From sequence record OP172785: 64,000 bases of DNA. One strand, written 5' to 3'. The notes beneath the pieces are model-generated. The model did not search any database. It saw nothing but the letters and a program-made list of their open reading frames with translations, and was not told where the DNA came from. This stretch comes from Escherichia phage ECO07P2. Below are positions 8,635 through 16,989 of this stretch, in pieces; positions within the stretch are counted from its first letter, which is position 1, and the number at the start of each line of letters is the position of its first letter. Position numbers and translations under genes: made by a program.

Positions 8635-9172
8635 TTACTATTTCCAAAAGTTTATTATTTTTAAGGTAGTTAGCCTTTTCTAGGACTTCAGAAGCATATT
8701 TAGAACCAGCTTTAACATTCCATCCCGAGTTATAAGAGGATATAGCTTTTCTTATATCACCCTTATGTATATTTAACCAATAAGAAAGTTCAATGTACGC
8801 CCAGGAAGCTGAATTGGACCGTTTATTCAACATTCTTTTTATTTCAGCATCAGTCATATTATAACCAAGTTCCTTAACTCTTGCTCGCATAGTTGGCAAA
8901 TAATTTTGGAACATTCCGTAGGCATGATGCTTTGGTTTAGATTTTAAATTAACTCCGGCAGAGCTTTCTTGCCATAAAATAGCAGCCATTATATGACCTA
9001 ATCCGCTCTTATGGATATTTTTGTGTGTTTTATATTTTCCATCCTTAGAAAATTGTTCCCCGAATTGATACGCGTAACGCATGTTATCGAGTTGGACATT
9101 ACTGAAAGTATGCTCGGAGCTATGCGCCATCATTGAAATGGCCAATAGACCAGCGAGTAGTGCTTTTCTCAT
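8627..9172 (-). CDS. soluble lytic transglycosylase-like protein with signal peptide (T4 vs.1-like)
   Basis: 181 aa; signal peptide MRKALLAGLLAISMMAHS; ILWQESS catalytic-Glu motif and YNSG motif of SLT domain. Confidence 0.7.
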   Translation of the reverse strand: MRKALLAGLLAISMMAHSSEHTFSNVQLDNMRYAYQFGEQFSKDGKYKTHKNIHKSGLGHIMAAILWQESSAGVNLKSKPKHHAYGMFQNYLPTMRARVKELGYNMTDAEIKRMLNKRSNSASWAYIELSYWLNIHKGDIRKAISSYNSGWNVKAGSKYASEVLEKANYLKNNKLLEIVND

Positions 9173-9179
9173 GCTTACC

Positions 9180-9641
9180 TCATTGAGTTTTAATTACTGC
9201 TTTAGAAGCCTTTCCTGGTAAACGACGACTGTTAATAATTGCCATCCTGCATTGAAGCGACGGGTCTTTGAACTTCGCATTAGGTTTACAAACTGTAAAT
9301 CCAAGCCAAAGATTTCCATCTGTGATTTCTAAACGCCCAGGACGATATTCAACCCCATCAATAAAATCCTCGTCAATGTCAGGACGCGGAGGCATACTCA
9401 GGAATTCATTAACTTCTAAAACATGGTCTTTTATTTTATGGAATAATTCAAAAACATATGTCTCATCAATCTCCCGTTGAATTGCACGATCAAGAAGATG
9501 CTGAGAATATTTTAGATGAAACGATGAGACCCCTGCTGCTTTTGATGCCTCACGAATCTCATTGTTAATTTGACGAAACTCCGACTCAAAGTGACGACGG
9601 AGCTTATTTCGACGGATAAAAACTTCTGTGTTGATAGTCAT
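9180..9641 (-). CDS. regB: RegB site-specific endoribonuclease
   Basis: 153 aa, same length as T4 RegB, located between vs.1-like gene and early promoter; assignment by length, synteny and recalled sequence. Confidence 0.8.
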   Translation of the reverse strand: MTINTEVFIRRNKLRRHFESEFRQINNEIREASKAAGVSSFHLKYSQHLLDRAIQREIDETYVFELFHKIKDHVLEVNEFLSMPPRPDIDEDFIDGVEYRPGRLEITDGNLWLGFTVCKPNAKFKDPSLQCRMAIINSRRLPGKASKAVIKTQ

Positions 9642-9668
9642 GTTATTCTCCTCTTAACTGATAGAAAA

Positions 9669-9698
9669 ATTATACCACAGTCAAGAGGAAAAGTAAAC
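9669..9698 (-). promoter_or_regulatory. T4-type early promoter upstream of regB
   Basis: gtaaac 9693-9698, attata 9669-9674 (TATAAT on minus), spacer 18. Confidence 0.65.
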
Positions 9699-9700
9699 AA

Positions 9701-9979
9701 TTATTCTTTAAATCTAATCAATTTATTCATAGACTTTGAAACTTCTGCACGAACCTCATGTAGGTTTTTGAGCTGTTCAAGACGCTGCTCATAGTAAGCA
9801 ATTTCATCTTCTTCGAGACAGTCCTGTGAATCTTCTTTAAGATAACGTGCGTAGTCCTGGAAAGCTTTACGGACTACTTCCTGGAAGTCATCAAGGCTTT
9901 GAATTTTCTTAGGAGCGACAGATACACGACGAGGGGCAGTATAATACTCATAACCAAACCCTGCGCTTAATTGAGCCAT
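9701..9979 (-). CDS. hypothetical protein (about 92 aa)
   Basis: start moved to ATG 9979 overlapping upstream stop (ATGA-type coupling). Confidence 0.45.
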   Translation of the reverse strand: MAQLSAGFGYEYYTAPRRVSVAPKKIQSLDDFQEVVRKAFQDYARYLKEDSQDCLEEDEIAYYEQRLEQLKNLHEVRAEVSKSMNKLIRFKE

Positions 9980-10245
9980 TAATATTTTTCCTCTGGTTGG
10001 AACACAGCACGACAAGCCCACATACTGGCTTCTTTGAGTTTCGTTTTAGCAATAGTTAACTGATCGAGGCTTTCAGCATAATTCTTCGCGAATTCACAGT
10101 CTTCACAATTATCTAGTGCTTCCCAGAATTCGTCATATAAAGCATCAAAGATAAGTCCTAAACGAACTTCAGCATCTTTGATAGCATTCACTTTACCGAT
10201 TTTCTCTTCAGTATGTGGTTTATAACCTTTAATGTCTTCAATCAT
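9979..10245 (-). CDS. hypothetical protein (88 aa)
   Basis: ORF in track, ATG start, coupled to neighbours. Confidence 0.5.
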   Translation of the reverse strand: MIEDIKGYKPHTEEKIGKVNAIKDAEVRLGLIFDALYDEFWEALDNCEDCEFAKNYAESLDQLTIAKTKLKEASMWACRAVFQPEEKY

Positions 10246-10459
10246 ATTCTACTTCCTCACCAGTACATAAATCATATTCAACTAAACGAATAGGTTCATG
10301 AATGCCATATCCTTGAACAGAAATTTCTGTCGTAGGATAAATTCCACTAATATCACCCATGTTCCACGCTTCATTAAATTGTTGTTCGCCTGAATTACTA
10401 AACCATTCGGCGAAAGCATTTAGCACATCTTTAGAACCTTCAATAATTATTTTTGCCAT
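10238..10459 (-). CDS. hypothetical protein (73 aa)
   Basis: ORF in track, ATG start. Confidence 0.5.
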   Translation of the reverse strand: MAKIIIEGSKDVLNAFAEWFSNSGEQQFNEAWNMGDISGIYPTTEISVQGYGIHEPIRLVEYDLCTGEEVEYD

Positions 10460-10821
10460 TACAAGCTCTCAGTAAAGGTACGAGCGATAACGTCGCGCTG
10501 CTGTTCCGGAGTCAGAGAGTTAAAGCGAACTGCATAACCGGATACACGGATGGTCAGCTGCGGATATTTTTCCGGATGCTTAACTGCATCTTCCAGAGTT
10601 TCACGACGCAAAACGTTTACGTTCAGGTGTTGACCACCTTCAATTTTAACCGTAGGCTGTGGTTCAATTTCAATTTCACGGGCATGCAAACCGTAGAAAA
10701 TTTCCGGATCTACAAAAGAGTCCTCTTTAAAGGTTTTAGAGACAATAATTCGTGCTTGAATACCATCTTCAAAATAAATAGTACCTTTATGTGTGCCTTC
10801 AAGAATTTGATATGCTTTCAT
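10459..10821 (-). CDS. grcA: autonomous glycyl radical cofactor (GrcA/YfiD-like; T4 Y06I-type)
   Basis: 120 aa; C-terminal [61 protein letters not shown] is essentially the E. coli GrcA glycyl-radical motif (RVSGY). Confidence 0.9.
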   Translation of the reverse strand: MKAYQILEGTHKGTIYFEDGIQARIIVSKTFKEDSFVDPEIFYGLHAREIEIEPQPTVKIEGGQHLNVNVLRRETLEDAVKHPEKYPQLTIRVSGYAVRFNSLTPEQQRDVIARTFTESL

Positions 10822-10827
10822 ATAACC

Positions 10828-11157
10828 TCAATTAGAAAATAAATTTATCCAAGATTGTTCTTTAATTAAAAATGGCTCAGAATCATATGCCATTAAACTT
10901 TGGGTGATTAGTCCTTTAAAAGGCCCATCAATAAATTCCATGGTAAAATATGGAATTTTATTCATTAATCTTGCATTAGGAGCAGTGCACAAAACTCTGC
11001 ATCCTTTGAATACGCCTTTTTGTAATTTGTATTGCTTAGGATAAAATTCGCTCAAGACGTTGTTATTTGCCAAAATTTCAAAATGATTCACCAATTTATT
11101 TTTAATAGTTTTTGGCGAAAAATAAAGATATTCGAAAAGTTGCGTATCTGTCATCAT
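10828..11157 (-). CDS. hypothetical protein (about 109 aa)
   Basis: start moved to ATG at 11157/11154 in an ATGATGA overlap with upstream stop. Confidence 0.45.
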   Translation of the reverse strand: MMTDTQLFEYLYFSPKTIKNKLVNHFEILANNNVLSEFYPKQYKLQKGVFKGCRVLCTAPNARLMNKIPYFTMEFIDGPFKGLITQSLMAYDSEPFLIKEQSWINLFSN

Positions 11158-11691
11158 TGCATTCCGATTACGAAAAACTGTGGACGAGTAATACCACCAG
11201 TACAGCATTTACTATTGCAGCAGTGTTGCACAGTTTCAATATGAATATCGTAAATTTTATCCATATCAGGAGATTTAACAGGCTCATCGATTATATACAA
11301 AATTCGAGAAAGCGATAAACCTCTGAACTTGCTACCTCTATTACCAACAAAACTACGGACAGAATCAGTAAATAAGCGGAATCGAATATCATCATTAGAA
11401 TAACGCGAAAATTCTTTTTTAATGTGGCCCGCAGAAATTTTAGCGTAAGCTGAAGTATTAGAAAGAACAATAACTGTTCCACCATCATACAGCCAATTAG
11501 CAGCAAAGTTAGTCACAGCAGTTGATTTACCAGATTGACGTCCACCATCTAGTCGAAGTGTGCAATACTGCTTAAGTAAGTCTTCAAATGGTGGGATATA
11601 ATCGTTTTTACAAATTTCTTCTACTCTAGCATCAGAATGGTGTGTAAAAGCATTCATCAGGGATAGATAAGGACCAGTTAAAAATGTTCTC
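11154..11691 (-). CDS. small P-loop NTPase-like protein
   Basis: about 179 aa from ATG 11691; Walker A-like GGRQSGKST and hydrophobic-DE stretch ILYIIDEP. Confidence 0.5.
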
Positions 11692-11727
11692 ATTTTATTC
11701 TCTCTAAATTTGGGCCATTCCATGGCG

Positions 11728-11762
11728 CATGAATTGTCCATTTCTGTATTTACCCATTACCG
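11728..11762 (-). repeat. copy 1 of a 35-bp conserved intergenic element (second copy at 12374-12408)
   Basis: 33/35 identity between the two copies; both sit 40-90 nt upstream of minus-strand gene starts. Confidence 0.6.
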
Positions 11763-11846
11763 CACTTGGGCTCGACCTTATTACAGGTTGGCGGGAATCC
11801 CTCATAGAACCATGAGGTCCAGCTTGTTCCCATATTTCTTATTTGC

Positions 11847-12320
11847 TTATTTGAATGATTTGACGTACTGAATAGAGCCTTTGCTATTCACGAAAGCGAT
11901 TTTACCATTTTTATTATACATGGTAGCAGTACGCTGATAGCCATAAGTTTGCTTACCAGATTGATAACCAACTAATGCAAAATTATCTTCACCCATTTTA
12001 TTCTGTTTAGCACGAATGCGTTCATGACCATGCGCCATAAGAACCTTAGCATCACCAGTTGCAATGGATCTACGAGTTTTTTCATCTTCAACTGTATTAA
12101 CAAAGTCGTCAAATGAATCAAATTTAGCGTGAGATTTATTATACAGTTTTCCATCTACTGCATAATTGTATCCCTGTACATCCATCTCAACTTCTGTACC
12201 ATCATCCAATACAGCAGTGATTTTTTGACCTTTTTTAAATTTCAAAAGATCAGTAAAAGATTCAGCAATAATTTGAGAATTAATAGCTGCCTCAGTAATA
12301 AATTCTTGATATGTTTTCAT
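11847..12320 (-). CDS. capsid-targeting-sequence (CTS) protein, internal-protein-like
   Basis: 157 aa; N-terminus MKTYQEFITEAA is the T4 CTS shared by IPI, IPII, IPIII and Alt and cut by gp21 after Glu. Confidence 0.7.
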   Translation of the reverse strand: MKTYQEFITEAAINSQIIAESFTDLLKFKKGQKITAVLDDGTEVEMDVQGYNYAVDGKLYNKSHAKFDSFDDFVNTVEDEKTRRSIATGDAKVLMAHGHERIRAKQNKMGEDNFALVGYQSGKQTYGYQRTATMYNKNGKIAFVNSKGSIQYVKSFK

Positions 12321-12360
12321 GTTATCCTTTAAATGTAAATAGTTTTATTCTTTAAGTTTT

Positions 12361-12408
12361 GGACAATTCACACGCATGAATTGTCCGTTTCTATATTTAC
12401 CCATTACC
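12361..12408 (-). repeat. copy 2 of conserved intergenic element, with perfect 10-bp inverted repeat
   Basis: ggacaattca-cacgca-tgaattgtcc hairpin (12361-12386) overlapping the 35-bp core shared with 11728-11762. Confidence 0.6.
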
Positions 12409-12427
12409 AGGTTCGAAATCGGCTTTA

Positions 12428-13006
12428 TTAAGAATTACCACGGGCTGCATTAGCAACGGCGTAAGCGTACTGAACATTAGCGTCTTTAAACGTACCTTTA
12501 GAGGTATCTAGTTCTGCCTTAAAGCCGCCTTTAGTCATAACCTCGGCGAATTCTTTACGGAAAGCCATTGCATCAAGGCTTCTCCATGACGATTTGTGCT
12601 TGGCGAATTCAAGACCAGCGTAGTTGACAGCCTTAGCTAATTTATTATCAATAACCCATTTACCAGCTTTAGGCACAAATACCGGGCCTTTCTGTTTGGA
12701 GAATAGTTTTAAATTCCAGCGACGAAGGTCACCGTCAGCTTTAACAAAAGCTGCGTCCAAGTTACTAGCAACAACATCTTGAATATGGCCAAATTTAAGC
12801 CCATCAACTTCAATATTTAGATCAGTACGCCAGCGAAGTCCTTCCCAAGCGAAAGCTTTAAAGTCAGAAGCCTTTGTAGCTAAATACCGTTCAATAGGAG
12901 CTGTTTTAGGGTCAAAGCCGTTTCCTCGGTAAGTCCACTCATCTTTATTAATGCCTTTGGCCTTTTCCACAGAAGCTTCAGTGATAAATTCTTTATAGGT
13001 TTTCAT
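12428..13006 (-). CDS. CTS protein (IPIII-sized internal protein)
   Basis: 192 aa; N-terminus MKTYKEFITEAS; length close to T4 IPIII (194 aa) but identity not verified. Confidence 0.7.
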   Translation of the reverse strand: MKTYKEFITEASVEKAKGINKDEWTYRGNGFDPKTAPIERYLATKASDFKAFAWEGLRWRTDLNIEVDGLKFGHIQDVVASNLDAAFVKADGDLRRWNLKLFSKQKGPVFVPKAGKWVIDNKLAKAVNYAGLEFAKHKSSWRSLDAMAFRKEFAEVMTKGGFKAELDTSKGTFKDANVQYAYAVANAARGNS

Positions 13007-13021
13007 GTGTTTCCTTTATTT

Positions 13022-13336
13022 TTATTCTTTAGGGAAGTTTTTAGAATATGCATCATAAAGCTTATTTCCAATACGGCGGAAAACTCTAGCCGCAAAACGA
13101 TTTTCTGGGTTTTTAATCATGATTTGCATCATATAAGTACCCGCGTCAGAAAGAGCTTCTTCATAGTACCCGTTAATTTCTTTAAGAGTCCTACGTTTAC
13201 CACCAGGACCATCAACAGTGATTTTCCATTTACCTGTAGAAGTGCGACTTGGCGGCTCAACTTGTTCAATCCAGATATAACCGCCTTCTACACGTTGGTT
13301 GGCGGATTCTGCAATAAATTCTTTATATGTTTTCAT
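13022..13336 (-). CDS. CTS protein (IPII-sized internal protein)
   Basis: 104 aa; N-terminus MKTYKEFIAESA; basic small protein. Confidence 0.7.
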   Translation of the reverse strand: MKTYKEFIAESANQRVEGGYIWIEQVEPPSRTSTGKWKITVDGPGGKRRTLKEINGYYEEALSDAGTYMMQIMIKNPENRFAARVFRRIGNKLYDAYSKNFPKE

Positions 13337-13366
13337 TTTTGTTTCCTTGTTTATTTTGATAGAGTA

Positions 13367-13396
13367 ATTATACCATATTAATACTTAAGCGTAAAC
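13367..13396 (-). promoter_or_regulatory. T4-type early promoter
   Basis: gtaaac 13391-13396, attata 13367-13372 (TATAAT), spacer 18. Confidence 0.6.
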
Positions 13397-13452
13397 CGTT
13401 TAAGCTTCACCGCCAGAAATAATTCCGAAGTTGTTAAATTGATACGAGTCAT
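13378..13452 (-). pseudogene. denV: relic of denV (endonuclease V) reduced to 24 codons
   Basis: minus-strand ATG at 13452 behind GGAGG encodes MTRINLTTSELFLAVKLKRFTLKY then stop; first 11 residues match T4 endonuclease V MTRINLTLVSEL as recalled. Confidence 0.5.
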
Positions 13453-13479
13453 AATTTCCTCCAAGTAGTTGATGAATGT

Positions 13480-13509
13480 ATAGTATCAAAGTCCTTGGAG
13501 GAAGTAAAC
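13480..13509 (-). promoter_or_regulatory. T4-type early promoter
   Basis: gtaaac 13504-13509, atagta 13480-13485, spacer 18. Confidence 0.6.
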
Positions 13510-13510
13510 A

Positions 13511-13792
13511 CTATTTTTCTGAAGCGCCTGAAATATATTTTTCAAGACGTTGTTTCATTAGCGAGCCGTTCTTAGCGATTTCTTCTGGTTTATCGCACAT
13601 ACGCAACAAGGCTTCAAGCTTAACGATATCGCTGGTACGTTCAAATTTGCGAGTATCTATCTTACTAGCAAGTTCAGAAATACGTGCTAATAGACTTTCA
13701 GCTTCAACCAAAGCTGCACCTAGCTTAGTTGCAAAGGTGTCAGTAGCTTCGTTAAGAATAGATTCTGATAAAAATTCACTATATGTTTTCAT
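13511..13792 (-). CDS. CTS protein (internal-protein-like, 93 aa)
   Basis: ATG at 13792 overlaps lysozyme stop; N-terminus [11 protein letters not shown]; track start at 13807 is a TTG. Confidence 0.65.
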   Translation of the reverse strand: MKTYSEFLSESILNEATDTFATKLGAALVEAESLLARISELASKIDTRKFERTSDIVKLEALLRMCDKPEEIAKNGSLMKQRLEKYISGASEK

Positions 13793-14277
13793 ATATACGC
13801 TTTCCAAGTTCCTGTTTTAAATGTTGAGATTACGCGTTTCGCGCGATTAGGTGTCTGACGATACCATTTAGATTGGGCTAGATTTACTGCCGCTTCATCC
13901 CAGCGTTTTTGTTGAAGCATACGAAGAGAATTAGTAAAACCAGCGACGCCTGCTACACCCATTTGGAAGACCATATTGACCAACGCACATCGACGAACTG
14001 CATCTAAAGAATCATATACCGGTTTAAGTTTAGCATTACCCAAGATTCCGCGAACGGCTTTATCAACGTCTTCATTAAATAGCTTTTCAGCCTCATCAAG
14101 GGTAATTGTACCGTTGCATTTACGTCCGATCATTCTGTCAAGTTCAGCTTTAGCTACGGCTAAAGACGGGTTCTTTGTTACTAAATGGCCTATGCCAATC
14201 GTCCAAAAGCCTTCAGTGTCTTTGTATAAAGTCAGTCTAAGACCTTCATCTATACGCAACATTTCAAATATATTCAT
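13789..14277 (-). CDS. e: endolysin (T4 lysozyme e, muramidase)
   Basis: 162 aa; [28 protein letters not shown] matches T4 lysozyme with scattered substitutions. Confidence 0.95.
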   Translation of the reverse strand: MNIFEMLRIDEGLRLTLYKDTEGFWTIGIGHLVTKNPSLAVAKAELDRMIGRKCNGTITLDEAEKLFNEDVDKAVRGILGNAKLKPVYDSLDAVRRCALVNMVFQMGVAGVAGFTNSLRMLQQKRWDEAAVNLAQSKWYRQTPNRAKRVISTFKTGTWKAYI

Positions 14278-14290
14278 AATACCTCCTAAG

Positions 14291-14311
14291 TATTTATAGA
14301 AGGTATTTATA
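14291..14311 (-). promoter_or_regulatory. two overlapping late promoters (TATAAATA on minus strand) upstream of e
   Basis: plus-strand tatttata at 14291-14298 and 14304-14311, 14-34 nt upstream of e start codon. Confidence 0.55.
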
Positions 14312-14313
14312 AA

Positions 14314-14754
14314 TTAAAAGAGGTTGTTCATTATTCGGTAAAGTGAAGGACCCATCACATATTGCCACTGAGTACGAGGAATAAGAGCAAAAGCGTCCAT
14401 CTCTGGAATCATAACGCCATCTTTATTTTCAAAATAAGACTCGCAATGGCAATTTCTAAACATCTCATGCTCTACTGGAATCGTATAATAAAATAATTGT
14501 AAGTCTTTATTACTAGAATATTTAAATACACCTAGGTCTTCTAGAAGGTCTGGATTATAATTGTTAAAACCTGTCTCTTCTAAACATTCTCTTCGTGCTG
14601 CATCTAATGCGCTTAAATCAGAACATTCTACACGACCTTTTGGAATATCCCAACGATGTGCCATCATTCCAGGCTTACGAGAACCAGTAACCCGACCCAT
14701 AAATAAATCTTTATCTTCTGTCATAAAGATAATACCAGCTGATAATGTTTTCAT
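14314..14754 (-). CDS. nudE: Nudix hydrolase NudE
   Basis: Nudix box GRVECSDLSALDAARRECLEETG; ATG at 14754 with AGGAAA SD (track start at 14769 is a TTG); directly downstream of e as in T4. Confidence 0.85.
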   Translation of the reverse strand: MKTLSAGIIFMTEDKDLFMGRVTGSRKPGMMAHRWDIPKGRVECSDLSALDAARRECLEETGFNNYNPDLLEDLGVFKYSSNKDLQLFYYTIPVEHEMFRNCHCESYFENKDGVMIPEMDAFALIPRTQWQYVMGPSLYRIMNNLF

Positions 14755-15113
14755 TTTAATTTCCTGCAATCACTCACAAACTCTTTCATTGATTCATTTT
14801 CAATATAAGACATGTAGCTATTATATTCTTTTAATTGTATTTTGTAATCCTTTTTTCTTTGCCAATTTATTTTAAAATTATCATAATGAAAATATAACAT
14901 GGTACCAAAGAATGAAAATAATGAAATAATTTTAGTATAGTGAAGTTCACTCCAAACTTCTGTTATATTTACTGTGCCGTCGATGTTTAAAATAAGACAG
15001 TCAATTAACAATCCAAAAAGACTACCCGCAAGAGCTGCAGCCAACGCCACAGCAAAAATTAAAAATGACTCAGGAAGCGAATATTTGGCTTTATTTAGTT
15101 TTGGCTTTTGCAT
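14751..15113 (-). CDS. small membrane protein
   Basis: 120 aa; hydrophobic helix FLIFAVALAAALAGSLFGLLIDCLIL; AAGGAA SD. Confidence 0.55.
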   Translation of the reverse strand: MQKPKLNKAKYSLPESFLIFAVALAAALAGSLFGLLIDCLILNIDGTVNITEVWSELHYTKIISLFSFFGTMLYFHYDNFKINWQRKKDYKIQLKEYNSYMSYIENESMKEFVSDCRKLK

Positions 15114-15487
15114 CGTGATTCCTTAACAAATTTCATAATTTCATCAAATTCATGTGCAGCAAGTTTAATCTGGTGTTCCTTTTTAATCTTTTTGCACTGG
15201 GCTTTCCAATCACGTACGCGTTTACGATAATGTCTTCCTTGATACCAGTATCCTACCCAATTTACGGGTACTAATAAAAGTGGAACTACCAATGGAAGAA
15301 TTAGCATTAACACAAGTATTTCGCCAGAATCAATATCAGTCATAACATCTAAAACACCTCCAATAATCAATAGAATTACAAATGATATAAGTATAACAGG
15401 ACCTATTAATACATCAGTAGAAATTATCTGACGCTTTAATTCATACTTCAACGGTTTACTTGGAAGGTATAGTGATGGTTTTGACAT
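15095..15487 (-). CDS. membrane protein
   Basis: about 130 aa from ATG 15487; two hydrophobic helices. Confidence 0.5.
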   Translation of the reverse strand: MSKPSLYLPSKPLKYELKRQIISTDVLIGPVILISFVILLIIGGVLDVMTDIDSGEILVLMLILPLVVPLLLVPVNWVGYWYQGRHYRKRVRDWKAQCKKIKKEHQIKLAAHEFDEIMKFVKESRCKSQN

Positions 15488-16064
15488 ATTCTCTACATTC
15501 CTTAACAAATTTTTCTAGTAATAAATCACTTTCAAAATTAGGATTTTCCACTAATTTATCAAAAAGATCATCAACAATATTCAAGATATTTCTTTTACTA
15601 AGAATACGTTTATTTTCATGCTTCGTTTCAGAATCAACTATAAGAGTAAAGAAATATTTCTTTCCCTGAAATTTTACTGTAGTATCAATATAGAATAAAT
15701 TTGACTTTTGTAAGTTACGTTTAAACCATGCGTCACTTAAACTATAAACACCGAGATAATCAAAATCGTCGTTTAAATAACATACTGTCCATTCAGGAGA
15801 AATGAAATCAGTAAATTCAACATCAAAATCACACGTCAATGAATGAATTGATTCAATACTGTTAATAAGTATTCCAGGACGTATTAAAGACTTTTTACCT
15901 CTAGAAAATCTTCCAGAAAGACTTTCATCAGTTTCATATGAAGACCCCCAATAGTAATTACGTCCTTCTGCCATACGTTTAAGAGCATTTAGTAATTGGT
16001 CTGGAACATCAACCTGTCTTTGGAACTCTTCAAACATTGAATTGAAATCACTTTGCATTTTCAT
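15456..16064 (-). CDS. hypothetical protein (202 aa)
   Basis: ORF in track; no motif recognised. Confidence 0.55.
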   Translation of the reverse strand: MKMQSDFNSMFEEFQRQVDVPDQLLNALKRMAEGRNYYWGSSYETDESLSGRFSRGKKSLIRPGILINSIESIHSLTCDFDVEFTDFISPEWTVCYLNDDFDYLGVYSLSDAWFKRNLQKSNLFYIDTTVKFQGKKYFFTLIVDSETKHENKRILSKRNILNIVDDLFDKLVENPNFESDLLLEKFVKECREYVKTITIPSK

Positions 16065-16084
16065 TCCTATTTACTCCAAGTAAT

Positions 16085-16100
16085 AGGGGCCGAAGCCCCT
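16085..16100 (-). terminator. UUCG-tetraloop hairpin after gene end (AGGGGC-UUCG-GCCCCU on minus RNA)
   Basis: 5 nt after stop of ORF 16106-16699; identical hairpin recurs after hoc at 56452-56467; no strong U tract so may be a stability or processing element. Confidence 0.45.
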
Positions 16101-16105
16101 TATCA

Positions 16106-16699
16106 TTATTTCAGAGAATTAATGTATTCCTGAACATCGGCAGAGGTAGTTTCAACCCCAGAAATATTACCATTAAAGGTTTCAACTCGAGCAAGGGTAT
16201 CTTCAATATCAACCTTAGTCAGTGCTGCAATTTCAACTACATCATCGGCAGTACTAATTCCAAGGGCATTTGCCGCACGAGTTTCACGGATATATTCCAA
16301 TTTAACTGCAAGTTCTTGGCGAGCATCATCTAACTCAACTACTTTCTTGGCGATTTCAATTCGCATTTCAGCATAACCATCAGCTTTAGTAGTCAACTGT
16401 TCAGCTGTTCGGCGATATAGTAAACCGAGTTTAGCATGCATTGTTACATCTTGACCCTCGGAAAGAAGCTTGCGAATTTCACGCTCTTTTGATTCGGCCT
16501 GCTTATTCTTTTCAATAACAAGTTCACGAATACGTTTTTCTTCATTAATAGATTTAACAGAAGCAGTTTTTAGATCTTTAATTTTATCAAGTAGTTTTGC
16601 TGCTGCAGCAGTATACTGTTCTTCAACAGATAGATTTTTAGCCATAGCAGAACCAAGTTTAGTGCGAATAAACTCAACAATTTTCTTCAGCATGTTCAT
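16106..16699 (-). CDS. coiled-coil protein (197 aa)
   Basis: heptad-rich, charged, Ala/Glu/Lys/Arg-rich sequence; no catalytic motif. Confidence 0.55.
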   Translation of the reverse strand: MNMLKKIVEFIRTKLGSAMAKNLSVEEQYTAAAAKLLDKIKDLKTASVKSINEEKRIRELVIEKNKQAESKEREIRKLLSEGQDVTMHAKLGLLYRRTAEQLTTKADGYAEMRIEIAKKVVELDDARQELAVKLEYIRETRAANALGISTADDVVEIAALTKVDIEDTLARVETFNGNISGVETTSADVQEYINSLK

Positions 16700-16745
16700 A
16701 GCATTTCCTTTAGTTAATTAAGGGTTTTATAATCCATGGGAGTAT

Positions 16746-16922
16746 TATACTCCGGATAGTTTGTAAACTATTTCAACATCGCCTTTTGCTGCTTTATAAC
16801 CTTCAGCCCAAGATACAACCGAGTTTTTATCCGAAGATTCAAATTCTGGCATTGGGCTTTCGCCAATGTTCACGCAGTATGTTTCTTCATTTTCGTCAAA
16901 CCAAATAATTAAAGTAGTCATT
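16746..16922 (-). CDS. possible small protein (58 aa) not in ORF track
   Basis: ATG at 16920-16922; hand translation MTTLIIWFDENEETYCVNIGESP...; weak SD. Confidence 0.3.
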
Positions 16923-16989
16923 TATTTCTCTGTTTCTGTATTTGTTTTGATAAGTCTATAATAACACCGTCCTTGGTGTTTGTACACAA

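Noticed and set aside
12129-12332. Plus-strand 67-aa ORF and similar short plus-strand ORFs in the early region
   Set aside because: They overlap stronger minus-strand genes that carry CTS motifs, SD sites and promoters; the early region is uniformly minus-strand transcribed.
16725-16770. GTTTAC and TATAAT pair resembling an early promoter
   Set aside because: Spacer is only 13 bp instead of the invariant 18 seen in the other copies, and the sequence lies inside a plausible small ORF (16746-16922).
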